From an uncultured bacterium (GTDB lineage: Bacteria > Deinococcota > Deinococci > Deinococcales > Trueperaceae), in contig CAYXUE010000002.1 of NCBI GenBank assembly GCA_964467885.1, positions 14,564 to 78,563 on the forward strand: DNA of 64,000 nucleotides, written 5' to 3'. The notes under the pieces were generated by a model. It was given only the letters and a program-made list of their open reading frames with translations, was not told the DNA's origin and searched no databases. Shown in pieces: positions 22,850-32,527 of the stretch; within the stretch, counting starts at the first letter, position 1; every line of letters starts with the position of its first letter. A program made the translations under genes and the position numbers.

Positions 22850-23101
22850 AGTTGTCTCCTGATCCGTTCGTTCCGCCCTGCGCCACGGACGTGCGCAGGA
22901 AGAGTCCAGCTGCACCACGGGCGTACTTCCCGCAGCTTGCTCCGACTCTGGTGATGTCCGTTCTAAGGGTGAGTCTTTCCCGGCGTCAGGCCAGGCGAGC
23001 AACCGCGGGCCGGATATACGTCAGGGAGACGATCCGGACGGCAGTAAAGCAGGGATATAGGTAACCAAAGTCCACGGCACCACCTCCCGTGCGCGGTTGC
23101 G

Positions 23102-23863
23102 TCATGCGGGCGAGTGTAACAGACGCCCCGCCTCCGCGTGTCGCCGCGCGGCGTTCACCAGCAGGTCGAACGGGGCGCGCTGCTCCGGGAAGTCCCGGAA
23201 CGCCATCTCGGGGTGCCACTGCACGCCCAGCAGGAAGGCGCCGCTCCGCCCCTCCACCGCCTCGATCAGCCCGTCGCTGGCGTGCGCCACGGCCGTTAGC
23301 CCCTGGCCCAGCCTGTCGATGGCCTGGTGGTGGTAGCTGTTGACGCGGACCCGCTCGGCGCCCAGCGCAGCCGCTAGCGCGCTGCCCGGCGTGAGGCTCA
23401 CCTCGTGGATGGGCGCGCCCCTGATGTCCCGCTGCTCGTGCTGCCAGGCGCCATCCACGGCGGGCACGTGCTGGTGCAAGGTGCCACCCTCGGCCACGTT
23501 GATCAGCTGATGGCCGCGGCACACGCCCAGGATGGGCTTGCCGGCCCCCCGGAAGGCGCGGTAGAGCGCGAGCTCGAAGGCGTCGCGTCGCTCGTCCACG
23601 GCGCCCAAGGAGGGGCTGGGCGGGGCGCCGTACCGCTGCGGGTCCACGTCCACCCCGCCCGTGAGGAGCAGGGCGTCCGCGGTTTCCACGTACGATCCGG
23701 CCAGTGCCGGGTCGAGGACGGCCACCATCATGGGCAGTCCACCGGCGGCGGCCACGGCCTGCGAGTAGTTGCGGCCGGTGAGGGCGTCCTCGCGGAGGAG
23801 TTGGTGGGTGCGGGTCTCTATGCCTGTGCTCACGAGCACGCGGGGCGTGTGGTTGCCGGTCAT
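23102..23863 (-). CDS. Class I glutamine amidotransferase / gamma-glutamyl-GABA hydrolase family (peptidase C26)
   Basis: GVCRGHQLIN (Cys nucleophile) and GVQWHPE (His) motifs. Confidence 0.8.
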   Translation of the reverse strand: MTGNHTPRVLVSTGIETRTHQLLREDALTGRNYSQAVAAAGGLPMMVAVLDPALAGSYVETADALLLTGGVDVDPQRYGAPPSPSLGAVDERRDAFELALYRAFRGAGKPILGVCRGHQLINVAEGGTLHQHVPAVDGAWQHEQRDIRGAPIHEVSLTPGSALAAALGAERVRVNSYHHQAIDRLGQGLTAVAHASDGLIEAVEGRSGAFLLGVQWHPEMAFRDFPEQRAPFDLLVNAARRHAEAGRLLHSPA

Positions 23864-23980
23864 GACACAGGGTACCGCCTGGCCCGTGGCGCCGGTGCAC
23901 CGTGGGAGCCCCGTCCTGGTACTCTCCCAGGTGGTGGGCGCCAGCTACGAGGACGAGTAGGACGTGCCCCTGGAGGACGC

Positions 23981-25192
23981 ATGCCGGGAATAGCGATGAT
24001 CGGCGCCCAGTGGGGCGACGAGGGTAAAGGCAAGGTCGTGGACGCCCTGGCGGCGGAAGCCGATCTGGTGGTGCGTTACTCCGGCGGAGCCAACGCCGGG
24101 CACACCGTGGTGGTGGGCGACGAGGTGTTCAAGCTGCACCACCTCACCTGCGGCACGCTGCACGACAGGCCCGCCTCCGTGCTGGGCGGCGGCATGGTGA
24201 TCGATCCCTGGACCTTCCTGGAGGAGCTCGATGCGCTCTCAGCCCGGCGCGATCCCGGGCCGGTGCACCTGTCGCACGAGGCGCACCTGGTGTTGCCGCA
24301 CCACCGCAAGAACGACGAGGGGGGCGGGTTCGTGGGCACCACGGGCCGCGGCATCGGACCCGCCTACTCCGACAAGGCGCGCCGCGTTGGCATCCGCCTG
24401 GGCGATCTGCTGGATACGGAAGTGCTGAAGCAGCGGCTGAACCGCCTGCTGGAGGCCAAGCCCAACTCCACGGCCCGCGTGGGCTGGACCAGCGTGGACG
24501 CGGCCATGAAGGAACTGGAACCCGTGCGCGCTCGGCTGACGCCGATGGTGACCGACACGGGCGCCCTGATCCGCGGTGCGCTGGAGCGCGGCGAGCGGGT
24601 GCTGTTCGAGGGTGGACAGGGCACCATGCTCGATCTGGCCTACGGCACTTACCCGTACGTGACCTCCAGCCACCCCACGGTGGGCGGCATCCTGGTGGGC
24701 GCCGGTGTGAGCCACAAGGCGCTCACCGGTGTTTACGGCGTGGTCAAGGCGTTCACCAGCCGGGTGGGTCACGGACCGTTCGACACGGAGATCCACGACG
24801 AGGAGACGGCCCGGCGGCTGCGCGGGACCGGCGCCAACCAGTGGGACGAGTACGGCACCACCACCGGTCGGCCCCGGCGCGTGGGCTGGCTGGACTTGCC
24901 GCAGCTGCGCTACTCCTGCGAGATAAACGGCTTCGACGGCCTGGTGGTCACCAAACTGGACGTGCTGTCCGGCATGGAGCGGGTGAAGGTCGCCGTGGGG
25001 CACGGCGACGACGGTCCCGAGTACCGGGAGCTGCCGGGCTGGGGCGAGTTGCACGGTCTTCCCAGCCGCGAGGACCTGCCGGAGGCCGTGCTGGGTTACC
25101 TGGCGCTGATCGAGGAGTTCACGGGCACGCCCGTGGTCATCTTCTCGACCAGTCCGGACCGCGAGGACACGTACGGCGAGGTGGAGTGGTGA
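23981..25192 (+). CDS. purA: Adenylosuccinate synthase
   Basis: QWGDEGKGK P-loop and GTTGRGIGPAY. A GGAGGA SD lies directly upstream of the ATG at 23981. The upstream part of the listed ORF (23405-) overlaps the divergent gene and is not PurA-like. Confidence 0.95.
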   Translation: MPGIAMIGAQWGDEGKGKVVDALAAEADLVVRYSGGANAGHTVVVGDEVFKLHHLTCGTLHDRPASVLGGGMVIDPWTFLEELDALSARRDPGPVHLSHEAHLVLPHHRKNDEGGGFVGTTGRGIGPAYSDKARRVGIRLGDLLDTEVLKQRLNRLLEAKPNSTARVGWTSVDAAMKELEPVRARLTPMVTDTGALIRGALERGERVLFEGGQGTMLDLAYGTYPYVTSSHPTVGGILVGAGVSHKALTGVYGVVKAFTSRVGHGPFDTEIHDEETARRLRGTGANQWDEYGTTTGRPRRVGWLDLPQLRYSCEINGFDGLVVTKLDVLSGMERVKVAVGHGDDGPEYRELPGWGELHGLPSREDLPEAVLGYLALIEEFTGTPVVIFSTSPDREDTYGEVEW

Positions 25193-25220
25193 GCGGACCG
25201 GAGAGCGGTCGGGTGAGGCG

Positions 25221-26432
25221 GTGAGGGCCGTGCTGTGGATGGTGGCCGTGCTGGTGCTGCTGGTGGTAGCGCTGGGAGCGGTGGGCTTCGTGCTCTCGAA
25301 CCGCGTGATCGTGCCGGCGCCTTACGGGCTGATGCCCGAGTTCGAGGTGCTGGCCACCGAAGCCACGCCGGCGGCGGCCCCCTGGCCGCCGGAGGGCCTG
25401 CCGCAGCCGTTGGCGCAGGCCACCGCTGACGCCACCAGCGTCAGGGTGGCGCTGCCGGCCCCGGAGGACGACAGGCAGTTCGCCGACACGCTGGCCGAGG
25501 GAGTGTACGGCCTGATGTGGGAGGGCGGCCACGGCGTGCTGGGCGAGGTGCTGAACCGCGCGGGCGGCCGGGTGGAGCGCGAGCTGCGCGTTCTGCAGGG
25601 CGCCCCGCCCAGCGCCGGCGCGGCGGCGCGGATGGACAACTTCGTGTACCGCACCGACCCGGGGGCGCTGGGCCTGGAGTTCAGCGAGCTGACGCTGGAG
25701 GGCCCGGTCGGCGACCTTCGGGCCTGGTACGTGCCGGCCGACGGCGGCACCGCGGTGCTCATGCTGCACGGCCGCCGGCGGGGCGAGCTGCCGGAGCTGC
25801 TCAGGCCGCTCGGCGCCTTCCACGAGCTGGGTTTGCCTGCCCTGGCCCTGGCCTACCGCAACCACGACGCCAGCGACCCCAGCCCAGACGGCCTCTACCA
25901 TTACGGTGCCAGTGAGTGGGAGGACGCCTTGGTGGGCGCCCGTGAACTGCGCGCCCGTGGCCACGACCGCGTGGTGCTCTACGGTGCCTCCATGGGCGGT
26001 GCCGTGGCGCTGGAGGCCCTCAAACGTTGGCCGGCGGACGCGCCCGAGGTGGTGGGCGTGGTGCTGGACTCGCCGCTCATTGACCCCTACCCGGTGGTCG
26101 AGTTGGGTGCCGTCAAGGCCGGCATGCCCCTGCCGGGGCCCCTCACGCAGCTGGGGCTGTTCGTGGCCGGGCTGCGCACGGGGGTGGATTACGGCTCCCT
26201 GCGGCAGTACAGGGACGCGCCCGGCATCCACGTGCCGGTGCTCCTGATAGCGGGGGAGGGCGACACCACCATCCCCATCGGGGCGGTGGACCGCTTCGCG
26301 CAGGCGGTGGCGGCGCCCCTGACCTACGTGCGCCTCGAGGACGTGGAGCACGTGGAGGCGTGGAACCACGACCCGGAAGCGTACGCCGAGTGGCTGAGGC
26401 GCTTCCTGGCCTCGCTGAACGTCAGCGCCTGA
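25221..26432 (+). CDS. Membrane-anchored alpha/beta hydrolase
   Basis: N-terminal TM helix. LYGASMGG (GxSxG nucleophile elbow) and a late ...EDVEHVEAW... His region. Confidence 0.7.
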   Translation: MRAVLWMVAVLVLLVVALGAVGFVLSNRVIVPAPYGLMPEFEVLATEATPAAAPWPPEGLPQPLAQATADATSVRVALPAPEDDRQFADTLAEGVYGLMWEGGHGVLGEVLNRAGGRVERELRVLQGAPPSAGAAARMDNFVYRTDPGALGLEFSELTLEGPVGDLRAWYVPADGGTAVLMLHGRRRGELPELLRPLGAFHELGLPALALAYRNHDASDPSPDGLYHYGASEWEDALVGARELRARGHDRVVLYGASMGGAVALEALKRWPADAPEVVGVVLDSPLIDPYPVVELGAVKAGMPLPGPLTQLGLFVAGLRTGVDYGSLRQYRDAPGIHVPVLLIAGEGDTTIPIGAVDRFAQAVAAPLTYVRLEDVEHVEAWNHDPEAYAEWLRRFLASLNVSA

Positions 26433-26510
26433 TCGATCCGTTCGCCCACCGGCTGTAGGTCACGCGCGAGGACCGGAACGACGGAACGGCCGGGTCGCGG
26501 CGCGAGAGCG

Positions 26511-26544
26511 CCCGAGCTGCACCCCGATCGGGGCGCAGCTCGGG
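26511..26544. terminator. Bidirectional terminator-like hairpin between convergent genes
   Basis: cccgagctgcacccc / ggggcgcagctcggg form a 15-bp stem with one mismatch and a gatc loop. Confidence 0.55.
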
Positions 26545-26570
26545 CGAGCTGGTCCGAGGCCTTAGTCAGC

Positions 26571-27713
26571 TCAGCGCTCGTCGACCGGGGTGAACTCCTT
26601 GCCGGTGGGGCCGGTATAGACCAGGCGCGGGCGCATGAGGCGGTTGTCGGCGTACTGCTCGTACAGGTGCGCCATCCAGCCGGCTATGCGGGCCACGGCG
26701 AAGATGGGCGTGTACATGTCCGCCGGGAAACCGAGCATGCGGTAGACGGAGGCGGAGAAGAAGTCCACGTTGGGCTTCACTTCCTTGCCCTTCTTCGCCA
26801 TCTCGCGGTCCATGATGCGCTCCATCTCGAGGCTCATCTCGAACCACTTGGAGTCGCCGGACTCCTCGGCCAGCGCGCGGCTGACGTCCTTGAGGATCAC
26901 GGCCCTGGGGTCCAGCACCTTGTAGACGCGGTGCCCGAAGCCCATGACGCGGCCGCCCGGCGTGCCGAGGACGTCCAGGACGTACTGCTCCACGCCCTCC
27001 ACGCTGCCGATCTTCTCCAGGGCGTTCATGACGGCCGTGTTGGCGCCGCCGTGCAGGGGGCCCTTGAGCGCGCCCACGGCCGCGCCGATGGCGCTGTAGA
27101 CGTCGGTGAGGGTGGAGGCGGTGGCGCGGGCCACGAAGGTGCTGGCGTTTGAGCCGTGCTCCGCGTGCAGCACCAGGGCTACGTCCATGACGTTGGTGGC
27201 GGCTTCGGTGGGCTCCTCGCCCGTGAGGGTGTAGAGGAAGTTGCCCGCCACGCTCAGGTCGGAGCGCGGCTGCACCGGGTCCTTGCCGTTGCGGATGCGC
27301 TGGAAGGCGGCTACCAGCAGCGGGAACTGCGGCAGGAGGAGCCGGCCGATGCGCTGTACGTTCTCCGTGTCCACCCCGTTGGCGGCGCCGTCCAGGCTGC
27401 CCAGCAGGGCCACGGCGCTGTGCAGCGCCAGCATGGGATCCGTGTCCTCGGGCAGGGCCCTGAAGAGTTGGTAGACGGCCTCGGGCAGGGTGAAGTTGGG
27501 CGCGAGCTGGCGGCGGAACTCCTCCAACTGGGTCCTGTTGGGAAGCTCGCCGTGCCAGAGCAGGTACGTGACCTCCTCGAAGCTCGCCTTGCCGGCCAGT
27601 TCGCGGATGTCGTAGCCCGCGTAGATCAGCTGGCCCTTGGCTCCGTCTATGAAGGAGATGGCGCTCTCGTCGATGTACACGCCATCTAAGCCTCGGTTGA
27701 TCGTCTGCTCCAT
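26571..27713 (-). CDS. gltA: Citrate synthase
   Basis: GFGHRVYK motif and citrate-synthase-like sequence throughout. A GGAGGA SD lies 4 nt before the ATG at 27713; the listed ORF extends in frame to 27866. Confidence 0.9.
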   Translation of the reverse strand: MEQTINRGLDGVYIDESAISFIDGAKGQLIYAGYDIRELAGKASFEEVTYLLWHGELPNRTQLEEFRRQLAPNFTLPEAVYQLFRALPEDTDPMLALHSAVALLGSLDGAANGVDTENVQRIGRLLLPQFPLLVAAFQRIRNGKDPVQPRSDLSVAGNFLYTLTGEEPTEAATNVMDVALVLHAEHGSNASTFVARATASTLTDVYSAIGAAVGALKGPLHGGANTAVMNALEKIGSVEGVEQYVLDVLGTPGGRVMGFGHRVYKVLDPRAVILKDVSRALAEESGDSKWFEMSLEMERIMDREMAKKGKEVKPNVDFFSASVYRMLGFPADMYTPIFAVARIAGWMAHLYEQYADNRLMRPRLVYTGPTGKEFTPVDER

Positions 27714-27874
27714 GATTCCTCCGGCTCCATGCGGCCCAGACGTGCCAGCTCTTCGCAGTGTTGCTGCTATACCGCTGGCTCGCCGGTGCTGCACGTGGGT
27801 CTCTCGAGTGGCCCACCTAGAGTGGGCGTCATCGCGGTGCGCCGCGCCCGGAGCGCGGCCTATCATCGTGGGCT

Positions 27875-27880
27875 AGTCTA
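27875..27880 (-). promoter_or_regulatory. -10-like box TAGACT, 8 nt upstream of the in-frame ATG at 27866 and ~160 nt upstream of the SD-led gltA start
   Basis: The minus strand reads TAGACT agcccacg ATG. Confidence 0.4.
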
Positions 27881-28017
27881 CCGAATGGGGCCCCGTCTCT
27901 AGGAGGTCCGGTGCGACTTTGCGGCACCGACGTGGCCTTCCGGGTCCTCGGCGCTGCGGTCCGGACCTGGGCCCTGCCCCCTTGTTCGCTACCCCCTGAG
28001 CCCCTGGCGTCGCTCGG

Positions 28018-28461
28018 TCAGGCGCTCCGCCCCTGCTTCGGCCTGAACAGCAGCCAGAGCAGCGTGGCTACCACCGCCACCGAGGCGGCGACCACGGTCC
28101 GTGGGCCGGCGTCGAATATGCCGAGCAGCATGCCCAGGCCCACCAGCGCTAGGCCGAAGATGAACGCCCAGTGGCCCGGTCGCTCCTCCACCGCCTCCAC
28201 CGTCACGGCTGCGCTGCCCACGCTCACCAGGAAGGCACCGCTCCACGCCAGCGCCACCTCCAGCAGTATGCCCACGGCCGCACCCACGAGGAGCGCCCCG
28301 ACGACCAGGAGGCCGTAGAAGCCGGTGCGAGCGTGGAAGTACAGCCCCAGAGTGCCCGCCAGCAGGACCCACAGCCAGGCGGAGGTCGAGAGCATGACGG
28401 AGAGCAGCAGCAGCGCGGCCAGCGCGGCCACCGCCAACAGAACACGAACCGGGTCCGACAC
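28018..28461 (-). CDS. Small polytopic membrane protein, function unknown
   Basis: 147 aa with 4-5 hydrophobic helices. A GGGAGGGGA SD lies 7 nt before the GTG start. High GC3 in this frame. Confidence 0.5.
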   Translation of the reverse strand: MSDPVRVLLAVAALAALLLLSVMLSTSAWLWVLLAGTLGLYFHARTGFYGLLVVGALLVGAAVGILLEVALAWSGAFLVSVGSAAVTVEAVEERPGHWAFIFGLALVGLGMLLGIFDAGPRTVVAASVAVVATLLWLLFRPKQGRSA

Positions 28462-28791
28462 CGTGAGATCCCCTCCCGAGGCCGCTCCAGGAGTCGATCG
28501 GGCGGCCGCAGGGGCAGCCCTGAGAAGCGGTTCCTCTCATGCCATTCTAATGTGAGCCGCTCGTGGCGCGGGATGGGCCTGATTACCGGGCTTGTATGCC
28601 GCGTGCCGGGTTCGCTACCGGAGCGCGAGCCCGCTTCTGCTATCCTCAACCCGAGCGACAGGAGGGTGGGCGCAACCAAGCAAAGGGCGCTTCCTCGGGT
28701 AGGCACGGCTAACTCATGGACATCATGACCGGTGCGAACTCACTGACCTTCGGCGCGCTAACCGCCGAGCTACTAGGTGCATCCCACCTAG

Positions 28792-30006
<1,215 letters not shown>

Positions 30007-30023
30007 AGAAGGAAGTAACCAAC

Positions 30024-31001
30024 GTGAGTGCCGTGACCATGGTCCAGGCGGTGGCCCGGACCCTAGATCAGGAGATGGACCGCGACAGACGCGTCGTGGT
30101 CATGGGTGAGGACGTCGGCAAGCGCGGCGGGGTGTTCCTCGCCACCGACAAGCTGTTCGACAAGTACGGCCCCGACCGGGTCATCGACGCGCCCCTGTCG
30201 GAGGCCGCCATCATCGGCGCCGCCCTCGGCATGGCGGTGCACGGGCACCGACCCGTGGCGGAGATCCAGTTCGCCGACTACGTCTTCCCGGGCTTCGACC
30301 AGCTGGTCAGCCAGGTGGCCAAGCTGCGCTACCGCTCGGGTGGCCAGTTCACCGCTCCCATGGTGGTGCGCATGCCCACCGCCGGCGGCGTGAAGGGCGG
30401 CCACCACCACTCCCAGAGCCCCGAGGCGTACTTCGTGCACACCCCGGGCCTGAAGGTGGTCATCCCCAGCACCCCGTCGGACACTCAAGGGCTGCTGCGC
30501 AGCGCCATCCGCGACGACGACCCGGTGGTCTTCATGGAGCCCAAGCGCCTCTACCGCTCGCACAAGGAGCCCATCTCCGACGACCCGGACTTCATGCTGC
30601 CCATCGGCCAGGCCGCCGTGAGGCGCGAGGGCACCGATGTGGTGCTGATCAGCTACGGCGGCACCATGGCGGAGACGTTGCGCGCCGCCGACGCAATGGT
30701 GGAGCAGGACATCTCGCCGCACGTGTTGGACCTGCGCTCGCTGGCGCCCTGGGACGAGGAGACCGTCCTGGAGGCCGTGGCCCGCGTGGGCCGCGTGGTG
30801 CTGGTAAGCGAGGCGCCGCACTCCGCCAGCTTCATGAGCGAGGTGTCCGCCACCATCGCCGAGGAAGTGCTGGATTCCCTTCTGGCCCCGCCGGCGCGCG
30901 TGTCCGGCTTCGATACCCCGTACCCTTACGCTTACGACCGTGAGTACCTACCCGGTCCCAACCGCATCCTGCGCGCGGTGGAGCGGGTGCTCGACTACTG
31001 A
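30024..31001 (+). CDS. 2-oxoacid dehydrogenase E1 component beta subunit
   Basis: [27 protein letters not shown]... is a typical E1-beta N-terminus. The start is the GTG at 30024 (GAAGGAAG SD 8 nt upstream) or the ATG at 30039. The upstream part of the listed ORF overlaps E1-alpha in another frame. Confidence 0.85.
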   Translation: MSAVTMVQAVARTLDQEMDRDRRVVVMGEDVGKRGGVFLATDKLFDKYGPDRVIDAPLSEAAIIGAALGMAVHGHRPVAEIQFADYVFPGFDQLVSQVAKLRYRSGGQFTAPMVVRMPTAGGVKGGHHHSQSPEAYFVHTPGLKVVIPSTPSDTQGLLRSAIRDDDPVVFMEPKRLYRSHKEPISDDPDFMLPIGQAAVRREGTDVVLISYGGTMAETLRAADAMVEQDISPHVLDLRSLAPWDEETVLEAVARVGRVVLVSEAPHSASFMSEVSATIAEEVLDSLLAPPARVSGFDTPYPYAYDREYLPGPNRILRAVERVLDY

Positions 31002-31068
31002 ACCCGGTCGGCGGCCCGCGCCGGACACGTGCGCGGGCCGCGGCCTGACCCGAGGAGAAGGAGCGTTG

Positions 31069-32475
31069 ATGGCTAGAGAGTTGCGGCTGCCCGAACTGGC
31101 CGAGTCGGTGGTGGAAGGCGAGATCGTTCGCTGGATGGTGGAAGAGGGCGACACGGTCGAGCTGGACCAGCCCATCGTCGAGGTGATGACCGACAAGGTC
31201 ACGGTGGAACTGCCCAGCCCTTTCGCCGGCAAGCTGATAGAGAAGGTGGCGGCCGAGGGCGACGTGGTGGCCGTGCACGCGGTCATCGCGCGCTTCGACG
31301 GTGAGGGCGGCGCCGAGGCTGCCGCCGCTCCCGCGCCCAGCCTGCAGGCCGAGGAGGAGCGCTCCATCGTGGAGGGCGGCCGACCGGCCGACGAGGACGA
31401 CGGCGAGAGCCTCTCGCTATTCAAGCCGGGCGGCGGTACCGACGAGCCGCTGATAACCATCAAGCGCCCCGGCGGGGCTGCTCCGCGGGGCGGCGCCGCG
31501 TCCGGCACCACCGCCACCGCCAGTCAGCCCGCTCAGCAGCCGGCAACGCCGGCCGCGCCTGCCGCGCGGGGCCCCTACGGGCGGGTGCTGGCCGTGCCGG
31601 CGGCCCGCAAGCTCGCGCGCGAGCTCGGGGTCGACATCGAGCAGGTGGCGGGCTCCGGCCCCAACGGCCGCGTGCGGGTGGACGACGTGCGCCAGCATGC
31701 CGAGGGCGTGGAGGCCGCTCCGGCCCAGGCGCCCAGCTACGTGGCTCGCGCCGCCTACGTGCCGGGCGAGGAGCGCGAGGAGCGCACCCCGCTGCGCGGC
31801 CTGAGGCGCGTGATCTCCAACCAACTCACCACCTCGCACTTGGAGACCGTACGCACCCTGCACGTGGACGAGGCCGACGTCACGGCGCTGGTGGCGCTGC
31901 GCGACAAGCTCAAGCCGCGCGCCGAGGCGCAGGGCGTGAAGCTCTCCTACCTGCCGTTCATCATGAAGGCGGTGGTGGCGGGCCTGCAGCGCTTCCCCAT
32001 GATCAACTCCAGCCTCGACAAAGAGGCCAACGAGGTGGTGACGAAGCACTACTACAACGTCGGGCTGGCCGTGGCCACCGAGAACGGTCTGGTGGTGCCG
32101 GTGGTGAAGGGCGTCGACCAGCGCCCTATCCTCGACCTGGCCGCCGAGGTGCAGCGCCTCGCCGAACTGGCGCGCACGGGCAAGCTGGCGCCCGAGGACA
32201 TAAGGGGCGGCACCTTCTCCATCACCAACATCGGCTCGCTGGGCGGGCTCTTCTCGTTCCCCATCATCAACCTGCCGGAAGCGGCCATCCTGGGCGTGCA
32301 CTCCATCAAGAAGCGCCCGGTGGTGCTGGAGGACGACAGCATAGTCGCGCGCCAGATGCTCTACCTGAGCCTCTCCTTCGACCACCGTCTGATAGACGGG
32401 GCGGAGGGCGCCATGTTCACCAGCTTCGTCATCGATCTGCTGGAGAACCCCGAAGCGCTCATGCTGGAGATGTGA
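31069..32475 (+). CDS. Dihydrolipoamide acyltransferase E2 component
   Basis: Lipoyl domain (EVMTDKVTVELPSP), Ala/Pro linker, E3-binding segment (VLAVPAARKLARELGVD), and catalytic DHRLIDGA. A GGAGAAGGAG SD lies upstream. Confidence 0.9.
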   Translation: MARELRLPELAESVVEGEIVRWMVEEGDTVELDQPIVEVMTDKVTVELPSPFAGKLIEKVAAEGDVVAVHAVIARFDGEGGAEAAAAPAPSLQAEEERSIVEGGRPADEDDGESLSLFKPGGGTDEPLITIKRPGGAAPRGGAASGTTATASQPAQQPATPAAPAARGPYGRVLAVPAARKLARELGVDIEQVAGSGPNGRVRVDDVRQHAEGVEAAPAQAPSYVARAAYVPGEEREERTPLRGLRRVISNQLTTSHLETVRTLHVDEADVTALVALRDKLKPRAEAQGVKLSYLPFIMKAVVAGLQRFPMINSSLDKEANEVVTKHYYNVGLAVATENGLVVPVVKGVDQRPILDLAAEVQRLAELARTGKLAPEDIRGGTFSITNIGSLGGLFSFPIINLPEAAILGVHSIKKRPVVLEDDSIVARQMLYLSLSFDHRLIDGAEGAMFTSFVIDLLENPEALMLEM

Positions 32476-32514
32476 GGCGGCCCGCTGGCTACGGGCCGTA
32501 GAGCGTACCGAGCA

Positions 32515-32520
32515 TAGAAT
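32515..32520 (+). promoter_or_regulatory. -10-like box TAGAAT, 7 nt upstream of the uvrC GTG (leaderless-type)
   Basis: The sequence reads TAGAAT cccctaa GTG, with no SD. Confidence 0.5.
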
Positions 32521-32527
32521 CCCCTAA

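Noticed and set aside
23072-23088. T-box-like 12-mer (minus-strand RNA GGAGGUGGUGCCGUGG, compared with the T-box core GGUGGUACCGCG) in the spacer upstream of DAHP synthase.
   Set aside because: It lies ~8 nt after the upstream gene's stop and ~225 nt before the regulated start. The Stem I/specifier elements would then have to be inside the upstream coding sequence, and no terminator or sequestrator follows it. The wrong position and the lack of supporting architecture suggest chance similarity in GC-rich sequence.
23405-23980. 192-codon N-terminal extension of the purA ORF.
   Set aside because: It overlaps the divergent amidotransferase gene and is not PurA-like. The canonical N-terminus MPGIAMIGAQWGDEGKGK is preceded by a GGAGGA SD.
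28511-28610. Fragments resembling a TPP riboswitch (GGGGCAGCC-CTGAGA ... CCTGAT ... ATGCCGCG) upstream of the TPP-dependent E1 genes.
   Set aside because: The P2/P3 pairings cannot be formed. There is no hairpin between GGGG.. and CUGAGA, and no ACCC return strand. The spacing is wrong, and the element would be ~300 nt from the nearest downstream start. A covariance-model scan would settle it, but by eye it fails.
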